Made by a program: the position numbers and the translations under genes. This document shows, one piece after another, positions 1 through 9,399 of a DNA stretch of 64,000 bases. Every line of letters begins with the position of its first letter. The stretch's first letter is position 1. The notes beneath the pieces were generated by a model. It saw nothing but the letters and a program-made list of their open reading frames with translations, was not told the origin of the DNA and ran no database searches. This DNA is from Acidimicrobiia bacterium (lineage in GTDB: Bacteria; Actinomycetota; Acidimicrobiia; Acidimicrobiales; JANYDT01), in assembly GCA_031423635.1 (NCBI GenBank), contig JANPFX010000083.1, positions 5,108-69,107 on the forward strand, written 5' to 3'.

Positions 1-258
<258 letters not shown>

Positions 259-351
259 AGTTCGCCCAGCGTATTCGTCCGCCCCGGGGTTCGTTGCGGG
301 TCGACACTCAACCGGGAACGGCGATCACGAAACCGCACGAGGCAGGGGAGT

Positions 352-2208
352 TCACTCCTGCGGTCGGGTTGCGTAGGCCGCCGCCTGCATGGTGAAGAGT
401 TCCGCGTAGCGGCCGCCGCGGGCGAGGAGGTCGTCATGGCTCCCGACCTCGACCACGCGGGCGCCGTCCATCACGACGATGAGGTCGGCCATCCGCACGG
501 TCGAGAACCGGTGGGAGATGAGCACGACCACGCGTCCGTCGATGGCCTGCGCCCTCGACGCTTCGGCGAACTGCTCGAACAACGCATGCTCGGTTTCGGC
601 ATCGAGCGCAGCGGTCGGCTCGTCGAGGATCACGACCAGAGGCGCGTCGCGCATGAACCCCCGCGCCAGCGCCAGCTTCTGCCATTGGCCGAAGCTGATG
701 TCCGCACCTCCCTCCCACGTGGGTCCGAGCTGGGTGTCGAGACCGTACGCGAGGCGGTCGACTACGTCCTGGGCGCCCGCACGGTCGATCGCCACTTCGC
801 CCGCCGGTCGGTCGTCGAGGCGGGGCAGGTCGCCGAGGCCGACGGTCCGCTGCGCCTGGAATTCGAACCGGTAGAAGTCCTGGAAAGCGCCGGCCAGCCG
901 CTCGCGCCAATCGGCTGAGCTGATCGTCGCCAGATCGACACCGTCCGCGGTGATGCGGCCGCCGGTCGGGCGATACATCCGGGCGAGCAGCTTGACGAGC
1001 GTCGACTTGCCAGCACCGTTCTCCCCGACGATGGCGACCACCGAACCGGCCGGAAAGGCCACCGATACGTCATCGAGCACGGCACGCGGTGTTCCCGGGT
1101 ACGAAAAGCTGACGTGCTCGAAGGCGATACCGGTGCTGAGGATCTTCGGGGCCGGTACACCAATTCCGGTGTCCTGGGCCGCGGCATAGTCCTCCAACCA
1201 GGTGAGGCGGCGCGAAGAGTCGAGCCAGAAACCCCGGAGGAATCCGAGTTCGCCGGCGGTGGCGCCGACGTACATCGCCAGGCGCATGCCCGCAGTGACG
1301 ACGAGTACGACGGAACCGACGGAACGGCCGAGTCGCTCGGACACGAAGACGATCGCGGCCACGTAGCCCGCCCCGAACACCGCCCACGCGCCCGCCTGCC
1401 ACGCCGCCGTGGCGATCCGCACGTTCGCCTTGGGTCGATACGAACGCTCGAAGGCTGCCGCGCGCTCCGCCGCGACCCAGTCGCCGGTTCGGGTGACCCG
1501 GACCTCCTTGCCCGCGGCCGCGGTGGTCGCCAGCACGAACAGGTGGCGGGCCAGGCGGGTGTTGGCGATCACGGACTCCTCGACGTTGCGCTCCACTCCG
1601 GGCCGCCACGTGGACACCCACACGGCCGGAAGCGCGCAAAGCACCAGTGCGATCAGCGCCGGGTGGATCGACGCCAGCAGCGCAACGGTGACGGCGAGAC
1701 GCACGATCCAGCCGAGCGTCGAGAACAGCGACATGAAGAGGTGATCGAGCGCGAACACCTGATCGCGAAGCATGGCGAGACGATCGAGGTAGGCAGGGCG
1801 CTCGTGGTGCTCCACCGTCGGCACGCTCGCCTGCAATTTCGCGACGTGGGACTCGAGCGCAATGGCCACGCGATCGCGGAACCGACGCCCGACGCGGTTC
1901 GACAACACGCGCAGCACCCAGGTGCCGGCGACGCATATCGCCAAGCCGATGACGGCCACCCGAACGAGGCCACCGTCGCTCTTGGCGATGCCGTCGACGA
2001 GCAGCTTCAGCCACAACGCGAGCAGCGCATCAGGCAGCATCATCAGGAGCGCGAGCGACAGGGAGAGGCCGAGAAGGCGTGGCTCGGCGCGATAGCCCAG
2101 CTGGAACGTCCGCCACAGTGACGAGAAGCCCCCCGGCAACGGCTCGGGTTCGTCACCGACCGGGCCGGCGCCGCCAACGGTTTCAGCGAGCGGCTCAGAG
2201 GGTGTCAT
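352..2208 (-). CDS. ABC exporter, fused permease/ATPase half-transporter
   Basis: ORF 352..2256, with the start moved to MTPSEPLAE (ATG at 2208). It has an N-terminal multi-TM region, Walker A GENGAGKST, signature ISFGQWQKLALAR and Walker B VVILDEPTAALD. It overlaps the upstream paralog's stop by 14 nt. Confidence 0.85.
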   Translation of the reverse strand: MTPSEPLAETVGGAGPVGDEPEPLPGGFSSLWRTFQLGYRAEPRLLGLSLSLALLMMLPDALLALWLKLLVDGIAKSDGGLVRVAVIGLAICVAGTWVLRVLSNRVGRRFRDRVAIALESHVAKLQASVPTVEHHERPAYLDRLAMLRDQVFALDHLFMSLFSTLGWIVRLAVTVALLASIHPALIALVLCALPAVWVSTWRPGVERNVEESVIANTRLARHLFVLATTAAAGKEVRVTRTGDWVAAERAAAFERSYRPKANVRIATAAWQAGAWAVFGAGYVAAIVFVSERLGRSVGSVVLVVTAGMRLAMYVGATAGELGFLRGFWLDSSRRLTWLEDYAAAQDTGIGVPAPKILSTGIAFEHVSFSYPGTPRAVLDDVSVAFPAGSVVAIVGENGAGKSTLVKLLARMYRPTGGRITADGVDLATISSADWRERLAGAFQDFYRFEFQAQRTVGLGDLPRLDDRPAGEVAIDRAGAQDVVDRLAYGLDTQLGPTWEGGADISFGQWQKLALARGFMRDAPLVVILDEPTAALDAETEHALFEQFAEASRAQAIDGRVVVLISHRFSTVRMADLIVVMDGARVVEVGSHDDLLARGGRYAELFTMQAAAYATRPQE

Positions 2209-4006
2209 GGACGACCTCCTGGCCGTGCTCGTCGACCTCGGGTGTGGCCTCGCCATCGGCGAAACGAGAGGCTTGGAGCTCGAACATCGTGCGGTACCGG
2301 CCCCCCAGGGCGATCAGCTCATCGTGGGTTCCCTGCTCGATGACCCGACCCCCTTCCACGACGCAGATCCGGTCAGCCAGGCGAACGGTCGAGAAGCGAT
2401 GCGAGATCAGGATGGTCGTGCATCCCTTCGTGGCCCGGAGCACCCGCTCGAAGATCTCGGTCTCGCCGCGCACGTCGAGCTGTGCCGTCGGCTCGTCGAG
2501 CAGCACCACGTCGGCGCCCATACGAACGGCGCACAGGGCCCTCGCAATCGCGACGCGTTGCCACTGTCCTCCGGAGAGATCGGTGCCACCCGCATAGCCC
2601 TTGGAGAGCACGGTGTCGAGGTTGCCCTCGGCGATGCCTTCGGCTCCGGCATCGGCGAGCGCCGCGCGGACCACATCTTCGGGGGCACCGAGCGGCGCGA
2701 CGTTCGTGCGGAGGGAAAGTTCGAAGCGCACATAGTCCTGGAACACCGCTGTCACTCGGCGCCGCCAGTCGTCGGCCGTGAGCGTTGTCAGCGGCGAGCC
2801 GCCGATGTCGATACGCCCCTCGTTCGGGTCGTAGAGGCGGCAGATGAGCTTGGCGATCGTCGTCTTGCCAGCCCCATTCTGGCCGACGATGGCGAGCGAC
2901 TTGCCTGCGGGGATCGTGAGGTCGAGATGATCGAGAACGTTGCGCTCTCCGTCGCTCCCGTAGGCGAACCGCACGTCGCGGAACGCAATCTCGGGGGCAA
3001 GGTCGTGCGGCACGGAGCCGGTCGACGACCCGGCGGCCGTGCTGAGTGCACCCGCCTTCGCCATGGCCGGTTCGAGCCTCGAGAGTGCTTCGACCGGAGC
3101 ACTCGCGCCGTCGAGCGCCCAGTTGAGTCCCCCGAACGCGATCGCCGAGACGCCGATCGCGGCCTGCACGAACACGACGGCGCGCGCCGTCGAGAGATCG
3201 CCATTGTTGGCGGCGACGCCGATCGCCCAGAACACGAGGCCGTTCGCAACCGCCACGATCGCGATTGCACCCGCGAGCGACTTCTCGCGCAGCTTCGTCG
3301 CCTCGTACTGGAGCTCATACAGCTTCGTACGTGTACTGATGAATCGCTCCGTCACCCAACCGGCGAGTCCGAAGAACCGCAACTCCTTCGACGGCAGCGC
3401 GTCGACCGCGAGGCGATACGAGTAGTCGGCATGGCGCTGCGCGGTGCGAACCTCGTCGGTGTTGCGGTCGCGCCAGACGCCGCTCTCCCGCAGGAGCCAA
3501 TGCGTCGCCACCCATCCGGCCACGACGACGGGCGGCGCCCACCACGTGAAGCCGAACAGCACGAACGCCGCAACCGTTCCGATGACGAGGTCGAGAATCC
3601 CGCCGGTGAGGAAGTCCATGCTGATCGAGAGCGGAGGACCCATGATCCCCTGATCGAAGTCGCGCGCCATCGTGAGGTCGTTGGCAAGTTCCGGCCGCTC
3701 GAGATGACCGATGCCATCGGGGCTCACTCCGGCGAGGGTGAGCCTGTCGTAGAGATGTGACGCGACGCGATCACCCAGGTTCGAACTGACCATGGTGTGC
3801 ACCGGAAGGAGCACCACCAGCAACATGAAGCTGATGCCCACGCCGATCAGTGGAGCGGTCGCCGACACATCGCGCGAAATGGCCGAGACGAGCCAGCCGA
3901 AGCACACCGAGAGCGCAGTCGGCAGGATCCCGCGGACGAGTAGCAGCAGCCACCAGGTGAACGACCAGCCGGGCGAGGCGCCGTGGAGTGCCGCGAAGAA
4001 TCGCAT
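2195..4006 (-). CDS. ABC exporter, fused permease/ATPase half-transporter (probable heterodimer partner)
   Basis: ORF 2195..4225. It has Walker A GQNGAGKTT, signature LSGGQWQRVAIARAL and Walker B VVLLDEPTAQLD. The start is uncertain: ATG at 4006 (MRFFAALHG) or GTG at 4045. The longer track start overlaps the upstream gene. Confidence 0.85.
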   Translation of the reverse strand: MRFFAALHGASPGWSFTWWLLLLVRGILPTALSVCFGWLVSAISRDVSATAPLIGVGISFMLLVVLLPVHTMVSSNLGDRVASHLYDRLTLAGVSPDGIGHLERPELANDLTMARDFDQGIMGPPLSISMDFLTGGILDLVIGTVAAFVLFGFTWWAPPVVVAGWVATHWLLRESGVWRDRNTDEVRTAQRHADYSYRLAVDALPSKELRFFGLAGWVTERFISTRTKLYELQYEATKLREKSLAGAIAIVAVANGLVFWAIGVAANNGDLSTARAVVFVQAAIGVSAIAFGGLNWALDGASAPVEALSRLEPAMAKAGALSTAAGSSTGSVPHDLAPEIAFRDVRFAYGSDGERNVLDHLDLTIPAGKSLAIVGQNGAGKTTIAKLICRLYDPNEGRIDIGGSPLTTLTADDWRRRVTAVFQDYVRFELSLRTNVAPLGAPEDVVRAALADAGAEGIAEGNLDTVLSKGYAGGTDLSGGQWQRVAIARALCAVRMGADVVLLDEPTAQLDVRGETEIFERVLRATKGCTTILISHRFSTVRLADRICVVEGGRVIEQGTHDELIALGGRYRTMFELQASRFADGEATPEVDEHGQEVVHDTL

Positions 4007-4127
4007 CACCTTGCGCGTCTGAGACGCTCGGAACCGCTCGATCACCCCTTCATCATCGCCGATCGCCGCCGGACTCCGACGGGCCGATCGATCTCCCCTG
4101 GCAGCTCGCCGCCCGAGGTCGCACCGA

Positions 4128-4553
4128 TCAGATCGCCCGCATGCGGTTGTTGCGGGGGTTGTGCTCCAACTCCGCCTTTCCGAGGCGTTCCATGAGCGGC
4201 GGCACGTACATCCCGAACCGGCCACGCAGTCCCTTCTTCAGGCCGTACCAGCCACCGACAGGATTCGCCGCCGAACGTCCCCAGGCCTCGACGGTGCCGT
4301 CTTTGGCCGGCTTCTGTTCGTCGGCCGACCCGAGGTCCATCCAGTCCCCGTGGCCCACGAGCATGGCGTGGAGATCGTCGAGACAACGAGCGTCGTAGAG
4401 CAGGACCGTCTTGCCAACCGTGCACACGATCACCTTCACCCCGTCTCGTTGGTCCAGGTGCATCGTGTACTCCGACGTGAGCGGCGGCGTCTGCAAGACC
4501 CACGGATCGTCAGGCGTTCCGGATCCTTTGCCAGCGGCGGAGGTGGTCGTCAT
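4128..4553 (-). CDS. conserved hypothetical protein (141 aa)
   Basis: Protein-like composition, with a GGGAG RBS about 9 nt upstream of the ATG. The C-terminal motif GGWYGLKKGLRGRFGMYVPPLMERLG looks like a conserved actinobacterial family that I cannot name with certainty. Confidence 0.6.
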   Translation of the reverse strand: MTTTSAAGKGSGTPDDPWVLQTPPLTSEYTMHLDQRDGVKVIVCTVGKTVLLYDARCLDDLHAMLVGHGDWMDLGSADEQKPAKDGTVEAWGRSAANPVGGWYGLKKGLRGRFGMYVPPLMERLGKAELEHNPRNNRMRAI

Positions 4554-4580
4554 GGGGAGGCTCCCGTCGGCTCTTGCTCT

Positions 4581-4606
4581 TTCGGTAGAAACCGAATTCT
4601 ACCGAA
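4581..4606. promoter_or_regulatory. perfect 10-bp inverted repeat TTCGGTAGAA-N6-TTCTACCGAA
   Basis: Read directly. It lies 28-53 nt upstream of the 4553 start, in a locally AT-richer spacer. No T-tract follows on the minus strand, so an operator is more likely than a terminator. Confidence 0.45.
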
Positions 4607-4630
4607 CGTCGGCACCTGCCGTCGTCCGCG

Positions 4631-4909
4631 TCAGCCCGGAGCGATGACGTCAGCAAAGCGCGGTGCACCTGGTTCCAACGGAATTCGGGCGGCCCGGGCG
4701 GCGAAGCTGATGGCGTGGTACCAGCCGGTCAACATCAAGAGATCGAGGACCTGGCGCTCGTCGAACACCGACCGGAGGCGCTCCCACAGGTCGTCGGTGA
4801 GGTCCGACGATTCGTGCAGCGAGTCGACGGCGTTCCCCAACCCGGTAAACCCGTCCGAGGCAGCTCGAGCGGTCGACCGCTCATGGCGGCGCTGGATCTT
4901 CTCGGGCAT
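4631..4909 (-). pseudogene. carboxymuconolactone decarboxylase (AhpD-like) family, C-terminal remnant
   Basis: Only the C-terminal part looks CMD-like (DDLWERLRSVFDERQVLDLLMLTGWYHAISFAARAARIPLE). The upstream part of ORF 4631..5065 is antisense to a convincing HxlR gene and does not look CMD-like. Confidence 0.4.
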
Positions 4910-5158
4910 CGGTGGCTGCTGCGCGTCGTGTGGGAACTCCGTGACGGCCCGGTCGGATTCCGCGCTCTGGCCCAACAATGCGATGGTGTCTCGACCGCCG
5001 TGCTTCGTGACCGTGTCCTCGAGCTCGCCGACGCCGGCATCGTCGACCAGAACGACGAACGCCACTACCGTTTGACCCGGCTCGGACAGGAATTGATCGT
5101 CGCTCTGACGCCCATCGACGAATGGTCCAAGCGGTGGGCCAACACCCTGCGTCGTTGA
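4883..5158 (+). CDS. HxlR-family winged-helix transcriptional regulator
   Basis: MAALDLLGHRWLLRVVWELRDGPVGFRALAQQCDGVSTAVLRDRVLELADAGIVDQNDERHYRLTRLGQEL matches the HxlR pattern. The start was moved to the ATG at 4883, inside ORF 4715..5158. Confidence 0.75.
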   Translation: MAALDLLGHRWLLRVVWELRDGPVGFRALAQQCDGVSTAVLRDRVLELADAGIVDQNDERHYRLTRLGQELIVALTPIDEWSKRWANTLRR

Positions 5159-5191
5159 AGCCGAACGCCGCTGGAGGCAGCGACGCCGTCG

Positions 5192-6730
5192 TCAGTGGCG
5201 GAAGTGGCGACGGCCGGTGAACACCATGGCGATGTCGTGCTCGTCGGCGGCGGCGATGACTTCCTCGTCGCGCATCGAACCGCCCGGCGCGATCACCGCA
5301 CGAACGCCTGCCGTGGCGACCACATCGAGGCCATCTCGGAACGGGAAGAACGCGTCGCTCGCACACGCACCGCCCATCGCCCGCTCCCCAGCCTTTCGCA
5401 CCGCGATCTGCGCGGCATCGACGCGGCTTTGCTGGCCGGCACCGATCCCTGCGGCCATCGAGTCGTTGGCGATGACGATCGCGTTCGACGACACGTGCGC
5501 ACACACAACCCATGCGACCGCGAGATCGCGCCACTCATGCTCCGACGGAGACCGCTTCGTGACGACGGTCCACTCGTCGCGCCTGGCGAGGTCCTCGCCG
5601 ATCACATCGGGTGTCTGGACGAGCAGGCCTCCGTCGATGGAGCGCACGGAGAGCGGAGCCGCTCCGGGCGGAGGCGCCGACAGAACCCGGAGGTTCTTCT
5701 TCGACAGGAGCAGCCCGAGGGCGTCGTCGTCGTAACCCGGAGCGATCACCACTTCGCTGAAGACCGGAGCGAGCGATTCGGCGAGTGCCAGAGGGACACG
5801 CTGATTGATGGCGACAATTCCGCCGAACGCCGAAACGGGGTCACCGAGATGGGCGAGCCGGTAGGCCGTCGAGACGTCCGACGCAACTGCGGCACCGCAA
5901 GGGTTCGCATGCTTGATGATCGCGACGGCCGGCGCAATCCCGTCTGCGCCGCCTGCCGCTGCGAGATCGTGCACCAGACGCCATGCCGCGTCGGCGTCAT
6001 AGACGTTGAGATAGCTGAGCTCCTTGCCACCGTGCTGCGTTGCACGGTCCCACCAGCTCGACGCACCGTGCAAGCGGTATCGCGCACCTCGTTGGTGCGG
6101 ATTCTCGCCGTAGCGAAGCGTTTCGGCGTGTTCCAGCGCGAGCCCGATGGTGGGCGGAAAGCCGCCGGTGTCCGAATCATCTGTATACGTATCAAGCCAT
6201 TGAACGATCGCCGCGTCGTATGCCGACGTGTGGGCGAACGCCTTTCGGGCAAGACGGACACGGGTCGATGTGGAGAGCGCGCCGGACGCCATGAGTTCGG
6301 CGATGACCGGCCCATAGTCCGCCGGATCGACGACGACGCCGACGGCATCATGGTTCTTGGCCGCTGATCGGAGCATCGACGGACCGCCGATGTCGATCAA
6401 CTCGACGGAAGGATCGGACGAGAACGGATAGAGATTGCACACCACGAGGTCGATCGGCGTGATGCCGTGGGCAGCAATGGTCTCGAGGTGTTCGGGAAAG
6501 TCGCGACGGGCGAGGATGCCTCCGTGAATCGCTGGATGAAGTGTCTTGACACGGCCGTCGAGCATCTCGGGAAACCCGGTCACGTCCTCGACCGAGAGGT
6601 GGTCGATCCCGGCGGCGCGGAGTGCGGCCGAGGTACCGCCACTGGAGACGATCTCGACGTCCAGCGAGCGCAGGGAGCGGGCGAAGTCGACGATGCCGGT
6701 CTTGTCGAAGACCGAGAGCAGTCCTCTCAC
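5192..6730 (-). CDS. purH: bifunctional AICAR formyltransferase / IMP cyclohydrolase
   Basis: VRGLLSVFDKTGIVDFARSL...GRVKTLHPAIHGGILARR...FFPFRDG...GGSMRD...FTGRRHFRH. The start was set at the GTG at 6730, which overlaps the upstream stop as GTGA. This gives 512 aa, the normal PurH size. Confidence 0.95.
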   Translation of the reverse strand: MRGLLSVFDKTGIVDFARSLRSLDVEIVSSGGTSAALRAAGIDHLSVEDVTGFPEMLDGRVKTLHPAIHGGILARRDFPEHLETIAAHGITPIDLVVCNLYPFSSDPSVELIDIGGPSMLRSAAKNHDAVGVVVDPADYGPVIAELMASGALSTSTRVRLARKAFAHTSAYDAAIVQWLDTYTDDSDTGGFPPTIGLALEHAETLRYGENPHQRGARYRLHGASSWWDRATQHGGKELSYLNVYDADAAWRLVHDLAAAGGADGIAPAVAIIKHANPCGAAVASDVSTAYRLAHLGDPVSAFGGIVAINQRVPLALAESLAPVFSEVVIAPGYDDDALGLLLSKKNLRVLSAPPPGAAPLSVRSIDGGLLVQTPDVIGEDLARRDEWTVVTKRSPSEHEWRDLAVAWVVCAHVSSNAIVIANDSMAAGIGAGQQSRVDAAQIAVRKAGERAMGGACASDAFFPFRDGLDVVATAGVRAVIAPGGSMRDEEVIAAADEHDIAMVFTGRRHFRH

Positions 6731-7401
6731 GTGCGCCACACAGGATCTCTCGGCGGGTCGAACTGGGTGGGTTGCCGCGCGCCCTGCACTGCCGCGAATG
6801 CCTGCGGCACCCAGCGCTCCAGACCGATGAGCGGCGTCGGGAGGTTGTCCTCCCGGAACCATCCAACATCGGTGGCTTCGAGTGGATGCGGCTGCAGCGT
6901 GCCTCCCGTGGCCCGGCAGAAGAAGACGATGGAGTAGAGCGGAACGGTGGTGAAGCCGTGGCGCATCCCATCGACGATCGAGAGCACCGAGACCGGTTCG
7001 CACTCGATGCCGGTCTCCTCCCGTACCTCCTTGACCGCTACTTCCGCCGGTGAGTAGCCGATGTCGGCCCAGCCGGTGGGGTAGAGCCAATGCCCGGAAT
7101 CGGCACGCTGGAGCAGCAACAGCTCACCGTCGTCGTTGCCGACCACTGCGCCGACCGCGATCTTCGGTGTCACGTAGCCGGGGACGCCGCTTCCGACGCT
7201 GCGCATCCACTCACCGTGAAGCTCCTCACGAACGAGATCGTGACCGGCGGCCACCCGCATGTCCGACGCGACGTGGAGGATCTCCTCGTAGCGCTCACGC
7301 TCGTACTGCACTTGGGAGAAGCCGAGTCCGGTGCGGGCGATCCCGGCGAGCGTCTCACTCCAGCGCAGCAGCTCCGCCCGGGTGACCCGGTCGGACGTCA
7401 C
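6727..7401 (-). CDS. NUDIX hydrolase with N-terminal Nudix-associated domain
   Basis: Nudix box GWADIGYSPAEVAVKEVREETGIE. The N-terminal region LLRWSETLAGIARTGLGFSQVQYERERYEEIL is typical of the ADP-ribose pyrophosphatase-like subgroup. The start is probably the GTG at 7401. Confidence 0.85.
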   Translation of the reverse strand: MTSDRVTRAELLRWSETLAGIARTGLGFSQVQYERERYEEILHVASDMRVAAGHDLVREELHGEWMRSVGSGVPGYVTPKIAVGAVVGNDDGELLLLQRADSGHWLYPTGWADIGYSPAEVAVKEVREETGIECEPVSVLSIVDGMRHGFTTVPLYSIVFFCRATGGTLQPHPLEATDVGWFREDNLPTPLIGLERWVPQAFAAVQGARQPTQFDPPRDPVWRT

Positions 7402-7477
7402 AACGTTTCCCGGTTCAAGTTCAGTGTCGCGTTGTCGCCGATGAGGCGGAACGGGGCACCGCGAACTGCACGCAAGC

Positions 7478-7669
7478 TCATGTCGTCTCGCCGTTCTCGG
7501 GCTCCTCGACAGCCCATCCCACTCCACTTATAGCCCGAGGTTCGAAGAAGATGCAGTTCTCCGGGCAATCGAACGGAATGACCTGCGCCATGTCGAGGCG
7601 GCACTTCTCGATGATTCCCGCCGGCGTGGACCGAGACGAATAGTGGCGGCAATCGTTTCGCACGGCCAT
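7478..7669 (-). CDS. small conserved Cys4 protein (63 aa)
   Basis: MAVRNDCRHYSSRSTPAGIIEKCRLDMAQVIPFDCPENCIFFEPR has the pattern C-x15-C-x11-C-x3-C. The start was moved to the ATG at 7669. Confidence 0.6.
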   Translation of the reverse strand: MAVRNDCRHYSSRSTPAGIIEKCRLDMAQVIPFDCPENCIFFEPRAISGVGWAVEEPENGETT

Positions 7670-7745
7670 GGACCCCAGGGTAGCGGGCACCCCCGGCAAC
7701 GATCTCCCGGTCACTGGAACAAAGGAACCAAGAGGCTAGTTATCT

Positions 7746-7774
7746 TTGATTAGTTACTTACTGTTCATAATCAA
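7746..7774. promoter_or_regulatory. inverted repeat TTGATTA-N15-TAATCAA in an AT-rich patch upstream of azoR
   Basis: Read directly. The surrounding stretch 7731..7775 is strikingly AT-rich for this genome. It sits just 5' of the GGGAGA RBS and the ATG at 7785. Confidence 0.4.
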
Positions 7775-7784
7775 GGGAGACGCC

Positions 7785-8345
7785 ATGACCCGCATTCTTC
7801 GCCTCAACGCCGGGGCCAACCACGCCGACTCGGTCAGCCGGCCGCTGGCCACCGCGCTCATCGACGGCTTCGCCAGAAAAGGACCGGTCGACGTCACGAC
7901 CGTCGAACTGAGTGAAGGACTCCCGTTCGTCGATGCCGCGTGGGTTTCCGGTGAGCCGACCGCGGCCGCCATTTCCGACGCGTACATCGCACAACTCGAA
8001 GCTGCCGACGTCCTCGTGATCACCGCTCCGATCTACAACTTCTCCGTCCCTGCCGCCCTCAAGGCATGGATCGACCAGATCGCCAAGGCGGGACGCACCT
8101 TCTCCTACGTCGGCCCGGGGCAGGTCGAAGGCCTTCTCAAGGACAAGAAGGCATACGTCGTGATCACCGCGGGAGGTGTCAAGCTCGGGTCGGAGTGGGA
8201 CTTCGCTTCGCCGTACCTGCGCCACGTCCTCGGCTTCGTCGGGATCACCGACGTCGCGTTCATCGACGCCTCGGGTCTGGCCCTCGACCCCGAGCAGTCG
8301 GTCAGCGGCGCACGCGCCCAGATCAGCACCCTCCTGGCCGCATAG
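7785..8345 (+). CDS. azoR: FMN-dependent NADH-azoreductase
   Basis: MTRILRLNAG...VITAPIYNFSVPAALKAWIDQIAKAGRTFSY...GLLKDKKAYVVITAGG is the typical AzoR/flavodoxin-like pattern. Confidence 0.85.
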   Translation: MTRILRLNAGANHADSVSRPLATALIDGFARKGPVDVTTVELSEGLPFVDAAWVSGEPTAAAISDAYIAQLEAADVLVITAPIYNFSVPAALKAWIDQIAKAGRTFSYVGPGQVEGLLKDKKAYVVITAGGVKLGSEWDFASPYLRHVLGFVGITDVAFIDASGLALDPEQSVSGARAQISTLLAA

Positions 8346-8497
8346 CGCTTCGGAGCGAGGTGCAGCCTCGCTGGATGGGCTATGCCTTCGACAGGGTTCC
8401 CGCCGGGAGCGGTCATCGATGAGCGCACAGTCCACTTGGAGCCAGCGGCCGAGCTGGTTACGCTTACGGACCGAGTGCGGGACGATGAGGTTGGCCA

Positions 8498-8908
8498 ATG
8501 TCGACGCCGAGGAACACCACCACCAACGAAGCCGGCGTGGCGTCGACCAACGGCGCGTACTGTCCCTTTTTCCATCACGTCATCGAGCTGATCGGACGGC
8601 GATGGACCGGCGCCATCCTGCTGGTCCTGGCGAGTGGGCCGTCGCGGTTCTCCGGCCTCCGTCATCAGATCCCGGGTCTGAGCGACCGGCTCCTCTCCGA
8701 ACGGCTCGACGAACTCGAAGACGAAGGGATCGTCGAGCACCGGGAGCTCAACGACCACACCTTCTACCAACTATCGGAGAAGGGCGCAGGACTGCGACCC
8801 GTCATCGATGCGATCGAGACTTTCGCCCAGGCGACGGCGTGTGATCAACGCCAGTCAGACCGACCCGGCCGTCGCGCCGACAAAGGCTCGCCGCTCCTTC
8901 AGCGCTGA
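8498..8908 (+). CDS. HxlR-family transcriptional regulator
   Basis: CPFFHHVIELIGRRWTGAILLVLASGPSRFSGLRHQIPGLSDRLLSERLDELEDEGIVEHR. Confidence 0.85.
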   Translation: MSTPRNTTTNEAGVASTNGAYCPFFHHVIELIGRRWTGAILLVLASGPSRFSGLRHQIPGLSDRLLSERLDELEDEGIVEHRELNDHTFYQLSEKGAGLRPVIDAIETFAQATACDQRQSDRPGRRADKGSPLLQR

Positions 8909-9390
8909 TGCCGGGCACGGTGGGCGAACGCCTTGGTGACACCCCACCGCAGACCGGCTTCGTGCACCGAAGGGCCGAGATCGGCAAACGCCCGGGGCGT
9001 GATGGCGAACACGTCGTCGGGCTGCGCGGTGATGTCGGCCGGATCGCGTTGCACAGGAGCGATCCCATGGGAGAGGAGCATCTCGGTCAGAGGAAGGTGG
9101 GTCTGCCGAAGAACGGTCAAGGGAGTGCCACGCTGCGCGTCGACGTCAGCAGCAAGCAGACCGGCCAGACGCGGCGCCGCCAGCTTCGCGATCTCGTCCC
9201 CGGCCGTTCGGCCGTCTTGGGCAAGTGCCACACCTCCGAGACGCACTGCCTGCCGTTCGGCCCACGGGCCGAGCGCGTCGAGGATGGCCTCGCCGAGGGC
9301 CAGGCCGGCCTCAGCAAGCAATACGTCCGGAGTCTCGCCCGCTGGCCGATCGTCGCTCACGACTCCACAGTCGCACACCTTCACTGGCAT
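8899..9390 (-). CDS. hypothetical protein (163 aa)
   Basis: Only the C-terminal 163 codons of ORF 8899..10119 have protein-like composition (MPVKVCDCGVV...LTEMLLSHGIAPVQRDPADI...). The rest is antisense to DUF427. No family was recognised. Confidence 0.45.
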   Translation of the reverse strand: MPVKVCDCGVVSDDRPAGETPDVLLAEAGLALGEAILDALGPWAERQAVRLGGVALAQDGRTAGDEIAKLAAPRLAGLLAADVDAQRGTPLTVLRQTHLPLTEMLLSHGIAPVQRDPADITAQPDDVFAITPRAFADLGPSVHEAGLRWGVTKAFAHRARHQR

Positions 9391-9399
9391 GCTCGGTGG

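Noticed and set aside
6731-7090. The N-terminal 120-aa extension of the purH ORF (track start 7090).
   Set aside because: The extension overlaps the Nudix gene in another frame and is Arg/His/Gly-rich. The conserved PurH N-terminus (LLSVFDKTG) begins at the GTG at 6730.
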